Positions 39,494-53,189 of a stretch of DNA of 64,000 nucleotides are shown here, piece by piece. The notes below the pieces were generated by a model. It worked only from the letters and a program-made list of their open reading frames with translations, was not told the DNA's origin and ran no database searches. The stretch's first letter is position 1, and each line of letters begins with the position of its first letter. A program made the position numbers and the translations under genes. The stretch comes from Nageia nagi (lineage: Eukaryota > Plantae > Pinophyta), in assembly GCA_050084985.1 (NCBI GenBank), contig JBITNC010000002.1, positions 21,576,001 to 21,640,000 on the forward strand, written 5' to 3'.

Positions 39494-42400
39494 AAACCCC
39501 TTGAGCATTAATTTTTTGTTGACTACCCTCAAGAGGCAACGTATACTCCTTCTTGGTAAGGAAGGGTTGCCATCACTATTTTACCTATATGCATTTATTT
39601 TTTTTGACTTGAAGTATTTTAGAGTGCTTGAAGTAAAAGAAGCATTAAATATGCATGAAGTAGGGGTATGGGTCTCCTTCTTTTACCATTTAATTCTTGG
39701 AGACTTGGTAAGTAGTGAATATTTTTAACTTATTTTTACAATAAGGGCAAAAATATTTTAAGTTAAACTTAGCTTATTTAAAAAAAAATGCTTAGAATAT
39801 TTTTTATTGCATGTTTAATTTACTAAGGTGCACATGCAATTTCTAGAATGCTAACCTCTTAGCATTTTTTTCTCTCTAAGCATAGTAATTTAGTCTAAGT
39901 ATGTATTTTTTTAAGTAAATAAGGGAAATTTTTTTTACTTAAAATGCATACTTAAAAGACAAGTTTTAGCATACAAGTTTTTTAGGGATAAAACTTTAAG
40001 TGAAAAGGGAGGAATTTGTATAATTTTTTACTTAAATTTTATCTTGCATGCTAAACTTGTGATGCATGTCTCTTAATCTTGTTTGAGGTATAAAACATGC
40101 TTAGAACTTAAAATTTTTAAATAATGCATGATGCATGATTAATACTTAATTTTTAAGTCAAAGAATAATGCATGTTTTAAGTTATGGATTAATGCTAAGT
40201 AGGACTTAGTTCTTTTTTAAATTCATTAAGTGCTTGAATGAATTGAGCAAAATATACAAAATGTAAAATGTCCTTTAGGGTTAGTACATAACCCATTGGA
40301 CTTTTTAAAAGTTTTTCAAAATTCATGTGGATGATGTATTTTTACTTTATATTTTTGCACAATTGCTTTATACTTGCAAAACATAAAATATTGAAAGTAA
40401 CCCCTAAAATGAATACATCCGCATGTACTTTTCCACAACATAATTTGTTTGGGGAGCCATGAGGGGAGGATAGGGCAGGCTGGAGCCCTTTTAATTCGAA
40501 GAGCCAAGTGGTGGTAAATCCATCTTAATTACCTTTAAGACCTCTGTTGGATTGAACATAACTCTATTAGGTGGACAGGCATATGTTTAGTGATACCACA
40601 TGTCCGTACGTCCATTCAGGGATTATCTTGATAACCTAGGAGGAAAACTGAAAACCTTAATCAAGATAATTAAAATGGCCAGTCCAAGATACATCGAATC
40701 CTTAGAAAATAGTTGGTACTTCTCCTTATGAGAGTATATTACTGACCAAGGTGAACTAGGTGAGGACTTGGTAGTACCTGGGCTCCACCTTGCGGGCATC
40801 CAGTTGAAGGCCTAATTCTATACAAGAAAACAACCTCAACTTTATCCTTCTACGGATCATGGTTTATAAGTTTGCACATATATGGGACATGTTTACTTAT
40901 TAGATGTTTAATTTGTATAGATGATAAATTGTAAAATTTTTTATTCTTTTTGCTTATTTACTTTTGTACAGAAATGGTTGAAACCTTCATACCCAAGCAT
41001 ATACTCGACAGTTTCAACTTTGGCATATGGAAACCTCGTATGAAAGCTGACTTGCAAGCAAAGAAGTGTGGCAGATAGTTAATGAAGACATGGTCGCTCC
41101 TACAGATGAGAAGGCTCTTGAAATCTACTACTCAAAGAATGAGTTAGCAACTTCTATGATTTATCGAGCAGTTTCAGATGACATCCTTCTCATGATCTCT
41201 TCTTCAACATTAGCAAAAGAAACTTGTGATAGACTAAAAAAATTTACCTTGGATCAAAATTTTCAAGGAGGTTCACCATTCTACAAAAGTTGTTGCAATA
41301 TCATCAAGGTGAAGATGAAAGTGCTTCTATCTACTTGAACAAAATCATTAACCTCAGGACATAATTGGTTGGCTGTGGGTGCAACTGGATCAATGATGAG
41401 TTCATGGTCTTTATCATTCTTCAAAGCCTCTCTACAAAGTTCAGTAACTTTATCACAGTTATGGAGACTAGGCTCGATGATGAAGATGTCATCTCTCTTA
41501 ACAACCTTTCTAGACTCCTTCTGAAGCATGAGGAAACTTTGAATAAAAAAATATTGAATTTTTCTCCAAAGGATAATAGCATTGCTCTAGGAGCAACCAA
41601 AACTCCTTTCAAGAAGAAGTTCAAATATTATAAATTCAGAGATAACAAATCCTCATCTACCTTCAGGAAGTATGAGAATAAGGGCAACAATAATGGCAAC
41701 TTTAAGCAAAGGAATGACAAAGTTGGATCAAGCAATCCAACACCTCAAGAAAAGTTTGATGGAAATTGTAACTTTTGTGGCATCTTTGGGTATAAAGAGT
41801 ATGATTTTTATAAAAAAAATTTACTCAAAAAGTAAAGGAAAAGTAAATGTGAAAAATTTTAATAATAAGAAGAACAAGCATACTGCTACTGTTGCTTACT
41901 ACTCAATGATTCAAACTATTTCAAATGATTGGATTGTTGATTCAGGATGCACTAATCACATGTGTTATGAAAAAGATAAGTTTGAAAACTTTCATAAGTA
42001 TAAGAAGGATACAATTATGATAGGTGATAATACATTCTTTGATGTTCAGGGAATAGGGAGTGTGAAGATTCATGGAAAGGCTCTTGATAATGTTTTTATG
42101 TGCCTAAACTAAGGATGAATCTTATCTCTATAATTTAGATTACGAAAAAAGGATACTCATTTGAGTTTACCTCACACTCCTGGTGTGTCAAGAAAGGACT
42201 TGTCATCTTGATGAAAGGATCAGTAAAGGATGACCTTTATATTATGGATCAAGTTCTTTTAAAGATGTGTCTTGCTGCAAATGTTTATTCAAAAGGTAAT
42301 CTTTGGTATCAACGATTAGGGCACCTTAACCATAAGAGTATTTAAGATATGAAAAATCAAGAACTTGTGGAAGGTTTACCTAATATTTCACTCATAATTG

Positions 42401-45400
42401 GTCTTTGTGAAAGGTGCATTCTAGGAAAGATGAATAGGCAAAAGTTTGAAAAAGATAAGGTAACTTGGGCTACTTGTCCTCTTCAGCTTTTGCATTAGAT
42501 TTGATGGGTCCATTTCAGACTAAGTCTCTAGGGGGAGCTTCTTATGTTTTGACCTTCATTGATGACTTCAGTAGGATGACATTTGGTTATCTACTTGAGC
42601 ATAAGGATCAAACTTTTGACAGGTTTAAAGACTTCAAGGCTCTTGTTGAAAATCAAACTGATTTTAAGATCAAAATACTGAGATCTGATAATGGGGGTGA
42701 GTATAATAGCAATGAGTTTAATGACTATTGTGTTAAACATAGGATCAAGTGGTAATTCACAATCCATACACCCCTTAGTAAAATGGAGTTGCTGAAAGAA
42801 GAATCGCACCATTATGGAAATGGCAAGATGCATGTTGGGTAACCTTCCTAGTTTCTTATGGGGAGAAACTGTCACACTACCATTCACACCCTAAATAGGT
42901 GTCCTACTAAAGTAGTTGAAGGTAAAACTCCGTATGAAGCATAGATAGGAAAGAAACCTAACATCTCACACTTCAAGGTCTTTGGTTGTGATGCATTTGC
43001 CTTCATTACCTCAGAGAAAAGAAAGAAGCTACATAATATATTAGAAAAATACATCTTTATAGGGTATGATAATCAACATAGAGGTTATAGGCTCTACTCC
43101 TCATCCCATAAAATAGTCTTTATTTCTAGGGATGTCAAGTTCAATGAACTTCCTCAGAATACGACTTCTCATGCTGAGGTGTCTGATTCAGATGATTCTA
43201 TGTCTGCACTTAACTGGTTGGATGATCATGTAGGGAAGTCACCATAAGAGAAAAATTCTCCAGCTCAGAGAATTACAAGGAGTATGACCTTGAATAAATC
43301 CTTATTTACCAAAATTGATAATATGAATGAGCCATCAACATTCAAATAAGCTTCCAAGCAAGAGTGTTGGATGGAAGCTATGAAAGTTGAGTATGAGGCA
43401 CTCATGAAAAATGAAATTTGGGATTTGGTTTTTTATCCCAATGAGAAAAATACGATTGGAAATAAATGGATATACAAGGTCAAGTACAATTCTGATGGAG
43501 AAGTTGAAAAATACAAAGCAAGGTTAGTGGCCAAAGGATTTGCTCAGAAATATGGTATTGATTATAAGAAAACCTTTACTCCTGTGGCCAAGATGCTACT
43601 GTCAAGATAATCTTTGCTCTTTCTGCAGCTCAAGGATGGAAAGTTTTCCAACTTGATGTCAAGAGTGCATTTCTCAATGGTGACTTGGATGTAGAAATCT
43701 ACATGAATCAACAAGAAGGATTTATTCCAGAAGGATTTATTCTAGAAGGAAAAGAGTCTCTTGTGTGTAAACTAAAGAAGTCTCTGTATGGACTTAAGCA
43801 AGCACCTAGAGCATGGTACAAGAAAATTTTAGGATTCTTTACAGATATTGGTTTTTTCAAGTGCTTCTCTGACTTAGATCTCTATGTACTCAATCAAAGA
43901 AAAGATGTGGTCTTAATTCTCCTTTATGTGGATGATCTTCTCATAACTGGCAATAATATTGAAATCATCTAAGAGTGCATATCCAAATTAAAGGTAACAT
44001 TTAAAATGATTGATCTAGGTCTATTGCATTACATCTTAGGATGCAAGTATACCAACACAAAGATTGTACTTATCTTAGTCAATCTAAGTATATATCAGAC
44101 ATCTTACAAAAGTTTAGAATGGAGGAGTGTAAGTATGCTAAAATACCTATTTCTCCTAGAATCGTTGTATCACTGAGCTCAGATTCTTAGTTGGTTGATG
44201 CTACAGCTTATAGGTAATTGATTGGTAATCTTTTGTATCTGACTATCTCTCAACCTGATATTACCTTTGTAATGAATCTGATGACATGATTCATGCAAAA
44301 ACCATATGTTGAACACCTCAATGCTATTAAGCAAATATTGAGGTATGTGGCAGGGACAAAGGATCTTGCTCTTAAGTATTCCAAAGTGCCCTCAATTATT
44401 CTCTCAGGTTCTCAGATTCTGATTATGGAGGAGATAGAGATGATAGAAAATCAACCTCTGCATATGTGTTCAGCATTGGTTCAGGTGCTATCTCTTGGGC
44501 TTCCAAGAAGCAACCTACTGTGACTCTTTCTACCATCGAAGTCAAATATCGAGCCATGTCTATTGCTACCCAAGAAGCTATTTGGTTGAGGCATCTTCTG
44601 AATGAAATTGGGTATAAGCAAAATGGCCCATCTCTTATTTCTTCAGATAATCAATCGGTTATCTCTTTGGCTAAGAATTCTGTGTTCCATCAGAGAACCA
44701 AACATGTGGAAATCCAAGTCCATTTTATCAAGGAGAAGGTTCTATATGACATCATACACTTAGAGTATTGTCCATCTACTGAAAACTCTGTTGATTTATT
44801 CACCAAGCCCCTTTCTAAAGCTTAATTCAGCAAGCTTAGGGATTCTCTCGGGTTGGTGAAGTTGCCCTCAAGGGGGAGTGAAGTTTGAACTTTTGTTAGT
44901 GATGACAACTTCACCTCTAAGAGGCCTTTTTTGATTGTACATTCTATACCTCCGTGGTAAGTTTGCTCTGTATGATAAACTTGTTGTACAATTGTTGTTA
45001 TAGAGTGTTAATTATTTTATACCTCTGTGGTAAGTTTTCTCTACGTGACAAACTTGTATATTTTTATACCTCCGTGGTGAGTTTGCTCTACGTGACAAAC
45101 TTGTACATTTTATACCTCGATGGTAAGTTTGCTCTGCATGACAAACTTGTTGTACATTTTATACCTCCGTGGTGAGTTTGCTCTACATAGAAACTTGTTG
45201 TACAATTTTTTGAGCATATAATTAATATACCTCCGTGGTAAGTTCACTCTGCATGACGAACTTATTGTACATTCTATACCTCTATGGTGAGTTTACTCTA
45301 CGTGAGAAACTCGTTGTACAATTTTTATGCTCTATTAATAATCAACACATGTCTATATACAACAGGTGACTATGAGTGATGGCTTGGCATCTCCGTGATG

Positions 45401-46272
45401 ACTTATAGTGCACCATTAATCAGTTATTTATAAGATGGCATTATTTGATTCTTTTATTTGAATATATGATGCATCTAACTGATTTTGTTCATGAGTTGCT
45501 TGTAGCATGCAGGATCTTCTTCAGAAATGCAAGTTACTCACCTTGTAAAAGCAGCTCATGGAGACTCACATGTCAGCTTAAAGTTGATCGACTACTATGT
45601 ACAGTGAAACCAGTTATGGTTAATGATTATATTGTAAACCATTTTTTCAAATAGTAATGTAGTGAGTCTCATACTAGTTCTCAAAAAGATTCTCAAATAT
45701 GTAAATGTTCTCATCTCCACTTGTATCTCTATGGAGGAGAACTCTCTCTTACTCTCTCTCTTCTCTCTTCTACGCTCTATCCCAATATTGCATTAAGGGG
45801 GAGTGTTAGAATTTGTAATAAAATATTATGAATATCTAAACTCCTTGTAAGTTCAATTAATCACTTAAAGGATATGTAGATACCTTAAAGGATTAATTGA
45901 ATTCTTTATTATGTGTGGACTTTGACCTTACCATGGGGTTAGTTGGTAGGTTAAAGTTAGGTCATACATTTATTGTAACCCTAAGCTTACCTTAGGTTAA
46001 AGGGAGGTTAGGGAGGTGCTCTCAAGCTATAAATAGAGGGCCTCTCCTCTTGTAACATATCTAAGTTTTGGAGTAAGATTACTCTACTAGTTTGCGTAAG
46101 AGAGGAAGAGAATAGTTGTAAGAGGGGCATACTTGAGAATTGAGATACTAGTTGTGGATGTACTCCCAAGGAGGGAGGAACCACATTACACTTGTGTTAT
46201 TTTGTGTGAATGTTGTATGATTGAGCTTCCTAGTCTTGGACCTTGAGGATTAGAGTAGTGCTAATTCTTTCA
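39494..46272 (+). mobile_element. Degenerate Ty1/copia LTR retrotransposon (5' LTR not visible); gag-pol ~40974-44880, 3' LTR 45804-46272
   Basis: Domain order gag (WKPRMKA, degenerate zinc knuckle CNFCGIFG), PR (WIVDSGCTNHM), IN (RLGHLN, DLMGPF, RSDNGGEY), RT ([31 protein letters not shown]), RH (DLFTKPL). PPT AAGGGGGAG precedes TGTTAG at 45804. Many stops and frameshifts. Confidence 0.92.
44935..45325. repeat. Degenerate tandem repeats (~47-70-bp period) in the copia 3' UTR
   Basis: About 7 copies of ATACCTCCGTGGT(A/G)AGTTTGCTCT..GACAAACTTG..GTACA. Confidence 0.85.
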
Positions 46273-48530
46273 GATGAACCTTATTTAGATGGATTATTGG
46301 GATTGGTTTGCATGATTCAAATATTTGATGAATCGGGTTAGTTTTTAGATGAAGATGGGCCTTTTCCAATTGATGACTTTGAGAACGATAATTCCTTATT
46401 AGAGTATATTATAGGAAGAAGTGAATTCCATCAATTAAGTGATAAAAGAAAATACTAAATTCATTTACATCCTCATTCCAATTTTAGAGTTGAATCAACC
46501 ACCTCGAAGGACATAAAAAGTCCCCCCTACTACACTAAACTACTCTTATTTGTCTTTTATTTAGAATTAGGTCTAGGTAGTTAGGGGAAAAGGGATTTGT
46601 TCTTTTTATTATTTGGAGTTATTTATGTTATACTAGTGCATAGAAATTAATAGTAGCACATCAATGCATTATTTTGAAGAGAAACTAATGTTGAGTTTAT
46701 TATGCATGGTTGGGAGTGTTTCCCATCCTACCCCAATTGAGTGATGAAAACATATTAATAGATTTATATATTAGACCTAAGAAGATATTAAAATGGGATT
46801 TTGGTTAGATGAGGAAGAAAAAGGATCTATTAAAAAAAATTAGTGATTATTTTGAGATGTTTGCTTGTGATTATGATGATACGCTTGGTTTGGATCATAA
46901 ATTTGTAACACTGCTTATTTGTTAGATGATAACAAACTTATAACTTAAAAGCTTAGAAAAATGAACATAAGTAATGCTTTTTTTATTAAGAAAGAAATTG
47001 ACAATTATTTGAAAGTTGGTTTCATTAGACTTGTATATTACTCTCCATGGATATCTATTGTAGTTCTTGTAGCAAATCCTGATGGAGAAGTAATATGTTA
47101 TACAAACTTTAGGGACATTAACAAAGCTTGTCCTAAGGATATGTTTCCACTCCTTAATATAAATGTGATTATTGATTCTACGATTAGTCATGAGATACTT
47201 TTTTTCATAGATGGATTTTTTAGTTACAATTACATTAGAATCAATAAATATGATCAACACAAAATAATCTTTGTGACTCCAAGCGATACATTTTTCTATG
47301 TTGTGATAACTTTTGGTTTAAAAAATGTAAGAGCAACATACTAAAGAGCTATAGTATCTTTATCATATGATCTAATTCATAAAACCATGGAGGTTTATGT
47401 GGATGGGATCTTATCTAAGTTAAAGAAAAGAAAGGATCATATTAAGGATTTGAGAGAAATTTTTAAAAGATTGAGAAGTAGAATTTGAGATTAGAATCAT
47501 CTAAGTATGCATTTGTATTATCTTCAAGTGAATTGCTTAGGTTTATTGTGTTAAGAAGGAGGATTGATGTAGATCCTAAAAAAGTGAATGCAATTAAAGA
47601 AATGCCTCCACCAAGGGGGTTAAAAAATCTAAAACATTTTAAAGGAAATATCTAATCGATAAGAAGATTCATTTCTCAATTTTTTGATAGAAAAAACCCA
47701 TTTTAATATTTATTGAAGAAGGTTGAGAAGTTCATTTGGGATTAGAAGTGTTAAAAGGACTTTGGAAACTTAAAGAGGTATCCTCTTAACGTTCCTATTT
47801 TAGATCCTCTCAATAATATAAATTCTTTATTGCTTTATGTTTCAACTACATTGATAACATTAGAGATAATGATTTCCTAGAAACATGATGAGAATAAGGA
47901 AAGAAAAGTTTGCTACATTAGTAAGATATTGTTTGATTATGAGACAAGATACACATCGATAGAGAATTCATTATTTATAATTATTTTTTCAACATATAAG
48001 TGAAGACATTATATGTTGGCAAATACCACTTCTGTGATAGCTTAGGTAGACCCTCTTAGATATTTGATGTCAAAATCCCATCTCTGAAGAAGAGTTGTAA
48101 AATTGGTGATGTTATTGCAAGAATTTAACCTTATTTTTCTTTTCGAAAAAGATATCAAGGAACAAGAAATTGTAGATTTATTTGTTTAGCATGTAGGAGA
48201 TAGTTAATTTATAGTAAGAGAAGCATTTACAAATTTGTATGTGAATAATGAAGAATTAGTTTTATACACCAATGTACCATTCTTGAATAAAAGCATTCAA
48301 AGGTTTTTACTAGTTTCTCAAAAGATGATGAATGGAATCTATACTTTGATAGTTCAAGGAGCATTAACATAGAAGGACCATTCATTGTACTTATAAATCC
48401 TCATGGTGATATTATTCATAAATCATATAGGTTGAGTTTTGAATGCACTAATAATATGATTGAGTATGAAGATTTGACATTAGGGTTGAAGTCTACTATT
48501 CTCTTAAAAGTATAGAGGATAAATATCCTT
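46273..48530 (+). mobile_element. Tat/Ogre gypsy pol remnant (RT, RNase H, additional archaeal-type RNase H)
   Basis: Motifs SPWISIVVLV..NFRDINKACPKDMFPL..IDGFFSYN..FGLKNVRATY and EVYVDGIL; RH YETRYTSIE; aRH WNLYFD and CTNNMIEYE. Confidence 0.82.
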
Positions 48531-48949
48531 CAAAATCATCACAATCAATGCCATGATCCTTAAGAGCCAGCTGCTCAAATTTAGCATCCTAATCTTATGG
48601 TTATTTTGAATGTGCAACCCATTTGGGAAGTTTTAGTTTCTCACCATCATTGATTATCAGCTATTTCTTGGAGTCAACCGTTGACCCGAGGCTTGGTTGT
48701 ATTTGGTTTGGACCTTCCTTTACCTCTATTATAGCTCAACTTCATCCTATTCTTAGTATGGAAGAGAGTTTTGGAGGCAAACTCCATCGCTCTTGTAGTT
48801 TGTATAGAGGCATTCCTTCTGGGTCAATGGAGAAGTGATGTCAGACAAGAGCTTCTCAAGGTGATAATAATTCATTTGAGTCCCTGCAAGTGTTAGGGGA
48901 TTCAAATGATGTTATGGTATTCCAAACCCATTATGTTTCTCAATTATTT

Positions 48950-50430
48950 TTTTCTCTTATAATGTAAGAGGATTGACGGACCTAACCCATAAGTACATGA
49001 TCTAAGGTGAGTTTGATGATATCACTCACACTTTTAGAATGTTATATTTTTTTTGTTTGCAAGAAGTTAAGATAGTTGACTTCATAATACATTGTACATG
49101 TTCTTTCTTCTAGTCATGATGCCCCTTATTCCATACCAATCATGAGATTGGAAAAGGGGAGTTACACCTTTATTTCTTCAAAGTGGAAATCGAGTGTGGT
49201 TTCTTAGGGTGTTTACCCATCAAACCAAGTGGTTTGGATGATGCTCGATATTTTAGGGAACCCCTTTAGAATTATTAATATTTATGCATCAAATGATGCT
49301 CATGATAGAAAATATTTATGAAGGTGGCTTGCGCTTTTTTTACCCCTCTCCATTTAGGTTTTATGTGAGGACTTCAACATGGTGGAAAACCTCTTTGATA
49401 AAAAGAGTTAATCTTCCATGCGCTAGAATCTTAGAAAATGGGAAGCTTGGTTTTTATGAAGAATAAATTGAATTTGATGGCTTTTCTCCTAATGACTTTA
49501 CAGAAGTTCATTGGTTTACTTAGTTGAATTTCAAGCCAACATATATAGAGTCCTCAAGCAGTTGGATAGGGTTATGTTGTATGAAAGTGATTTCTTTCAT
49601 TTTGATAGATTATCCCCTTCTCTACCCTTTGTATTCATTATCCCAAATACTACTGTGTCTGATCATGCTCCTATCCTTTTTGATATCTCATTTGATTAGG
49701 CTCAGGATAGAATTTTTCCTTCTCAATTCTAGTTGAATACCTCATTTTTTTAACTATCCTTCATACAAGCTCATATTTGTCAAATATGTAACTTAATTCC
49801 CCACCCTTTTGATTCTTTTGGTTGGATTCAATGTTGAAACAATTCTATCCTCATAACCATGAAGGTCCTTCACACTCTTGGAGTGGAGTTTTAAAAAAAA
49901 TATCATAGGTCTAACCAAATTATGAGAGATGAGCTTGATCGAACTTCTCGTAACCTTGAGTCCAATCCTTTTAATGAGTCTACCCAAGCTTTTGTTGTTG
50001 CTCTTCATCATGAGATAAGGAAGGTTGACATGTATGAAGCTAAGGGAGCCCATGTCAAGGCTCACCTAAACTGGATTAATGTGGATGAAAGAGTCTCTAG
50101 GGAATTATTCAAATGCCTCCACCCTCCTTTTCATATGTCTTAATTTCAAGCTATTTAGTTTGATAGTGTTTGGTTCACTTCCCTTCTTGATATCATGTCC
50201 ACCTTTATGACATATTATCAGAAAGTTTTTGCTTCTCAATATCTCTCCCATGTTATCCAAAGAGCTCTTTATGAGTGTTGTGTTGTCATACCTCTTAGGA
50301 ATTCCCAACCTCAAAGGGACTCATATGAAACACCTCTCTCCTTAGATGACTTGAAATCTTCTCTGTATTAGATGGCTAATGATAAACCTCTGAAATTGAT
50401 GCTTTTTCCTATGATTTTTATTAATTTTTT
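48950..50430 (+). mobile_element. L1 LINE ORF2 endonuclease/linker remnant
   Basis: Motifs NVRGL, CLQEVK, IINIYAS, LDRV and SDHAPI. Confidence 0.75.
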
Positions 50431-53189
50431 TCTCTATAAGAAGGTCTTCCATGCCTACCTTCTCAATTTAACCATATACTCCTACCGAATGGTTTCCACA
50501 ACAACACTTTTATACAAGCATTTATTCATCATCCTCAACCTTTAAATATACAACCCAACAAGATCCTCCCTCCTTCATAAGAACTTCATTAAATGCCTCC
50601 TCCATAAGATAATCATCTTTGGCTTCCTTATCAAGAAAACCAAAACCAATGTGCATGCTCTCTAGCCATAACACATCATCACTAACTCTTCCTCCCTTGG
50701 GTACATATCCCAATAAGTTTCAACTTGCATTAACTTCTCCATAGGAAGAACTTAAACACCATAACCTGCCTTAGGAAGAAATTATATCCTAATCTCAAAA
50801 GACTACATTCGTGCATGCAATTCTCCAAATGCATGAATTCTACAAAGACCTCACAAGGTTTTGTTCAATCTTAGAATCTTATAAGGTGCCCTACTTAGGC
50901 TCACTCCAACAAGACTCATCTTTGTTTGTTTCCTTAAGCTGAACACCATCCACATCCTATTCAGAGTTATTACTATTTGATAGGTCTTCAATTTATGACA
51001 TAAACATATTTTGATTCTAATTGGTCTTTTCTACCTCTTCCTCCATAGCAGGTTCCAAACGATTAGCTTTCATGCATAACTAGCTTTGCAACATCTCCAC
51101 CAAATGCTCAAAGTCTTCAAAAAGGCTCCTTGGCTTGATAACATCCACATCTAACTACTCCTTGGCTTAATAACATCCACATCTAACTTACGCTCTTTAA
51201 TCGTACAAAGTTAGACATCCAAATCTTACAGGTCGTTCAACATAGTAGACTAGTTTATCTTGTTATCTCCATGTCCAAAAAGAATTGTTTGGCTAATTGT
51301 CAACTTGAATTTGTACCTCTTAGAAGATCGATAGCTTTTGTTTCTTTTGGTCCTCCAACAAAATACCTATGATCAACCATTATCTCCAATAATATCCACT
51401 TGAATATTATCTACTATACAATGCTACATCGTACTACTTTGAGACTCAGATAACTCCTAAGGCTTAAATTCGACTTCCCAAATAAGAACACAACCAAGCC
51501 TCTCACCTTAGAAGCAAACACTATTATCTGTAACAACTTGAGATAGTTATGAAATGAAAATGAAACCCATATATTTATACCCCATAAGAATGAACAATTA
51601 TTTGAAGACTAAACCATAATACCTTCGCATTCAACCATTTCATATCTACTATAATACATATTCATTATTTTCCTAGCGTCGACCATACTATACTAAACAA
51701 CTCAAAAAAATAATTTCATAGAGCTTACACTCCCATAAATATATTCTATTCACTACAAATATTTATAACATACATACCAAAGACTTTCCACATACATACC
51801 TTACCAAAGACTTTGCACATACATACCTTACCTCATGGTTTCAAGAGTGACATGCATGCTTTCCTTATAATAAAATAAATATAACCTAGATATATGTCTA
51901 AAACTAAAATAAAAATAAAAGCAAATATTACAATCGACATTAGTGCTCTCTCTCAATCTGTCTCCACCTTCCAATTCGTCTTTGACTCCATCATGGCCTG
52001 TGATCATTATATGCATGATGGTGAAAGCATGGAATATGTCTTGGTTTGTGGTCAAGCATTGCTACGTTTTGAGGTCATTCTTCTTCCCACAGATCACATT
52101 CATAGCATTGATGCAAAAGAATTAAAAGCACTTGTATCTATTGATGCACCTTTCGCCTAACCTTCTTTATCTGTGGTAAGCCTCATTATCATGGTATAGA
52201 GTGTCAATTAGTTAATTTTGGTTGACTTGTTTATTTTTATATAATACATTTATAGTGTATTAGATACGAAGTTAGAACAATTAAAGCAAGGTACTCTTTT
52301 ATAAATGTTGATGTTGAAATTGAGTTATAATCTTCCATATTCTAGAGTTGAAGTTGTAAGAGGAATAGTAAAGGCCAAGGTTACACTAAAAGATATTTTA
52401 ATATTTTGTTTAAATATTTTTCATAATCTATAATATGTTTATTATAGAAATGTTATGTTTATTTTTTCTTTCAAGTTTATTATTATTACAATATATTATG
52501 CTATTTAGTTAAGTTTTGTTAGTTAATAAATTTTAGTTTAATATAAAAATAATATTTGTAAACAATATTCAATCAGGAGGAGAAAAGATGAAGGAAGCCA
52601 TGCAAGTGAAAGAGTTGCTCTTCCATGAGGGTTATTATAGGTCAGGGGATGATCCTTTAATATGAAACTTTAATACATGTAGTACTTAAAGACATGAATT
52701 CAAAATCTAAGGTTATGAAAAAAGCTATGAAAATAGTTAAGCTAGTAGTTGAGGTTCAAAAATAGACAAGGTTAGCAAACTTCCTAGTTAGAAAAAATAG
52801 ATATTTAGCCCAAAGATTAAGGTTTTGTCAAATGCATGTAGGGGCCAAGAATATTGTTGAAATATTACGTATATTCACCAATATGCTTTCATTTGTAAGT
52901 TTATCAAATGATTGAGAACAATGACTAAGAAAGTCTATGATTGAATGTGAAAATATAACTAGTTCCAAAGAGACTTAGAGATAGTTTTGACAATCAATGG
53001 GAACTTCATTTTTTAATCTTCTCCTTAGTGGAAGAAAGAAATAATGTATTTTATATTAAGCAAAAAGTTGAATACCTTATTCTTTCATTAGTTTGTTATT
53101 TTTATATTAAGCAGAAACACTTTAGCTTTGTCCAATCACATGATAAAATGTAATAAAAAAAATGTATCCTTCACAACATATTTCATTTT

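Noticed and set aside
44935-45325. Repeat array superficially like CRISPR
   Set aside because: Eukaryotic context, degenerate tandem units without unique spacers, inside a copia 3' UTR, and no cas genes.
51894-52160. 88-aa ORF in moderately GC-rich sequence
   Set aside because: No recognisable motif or splice structure on either strand.
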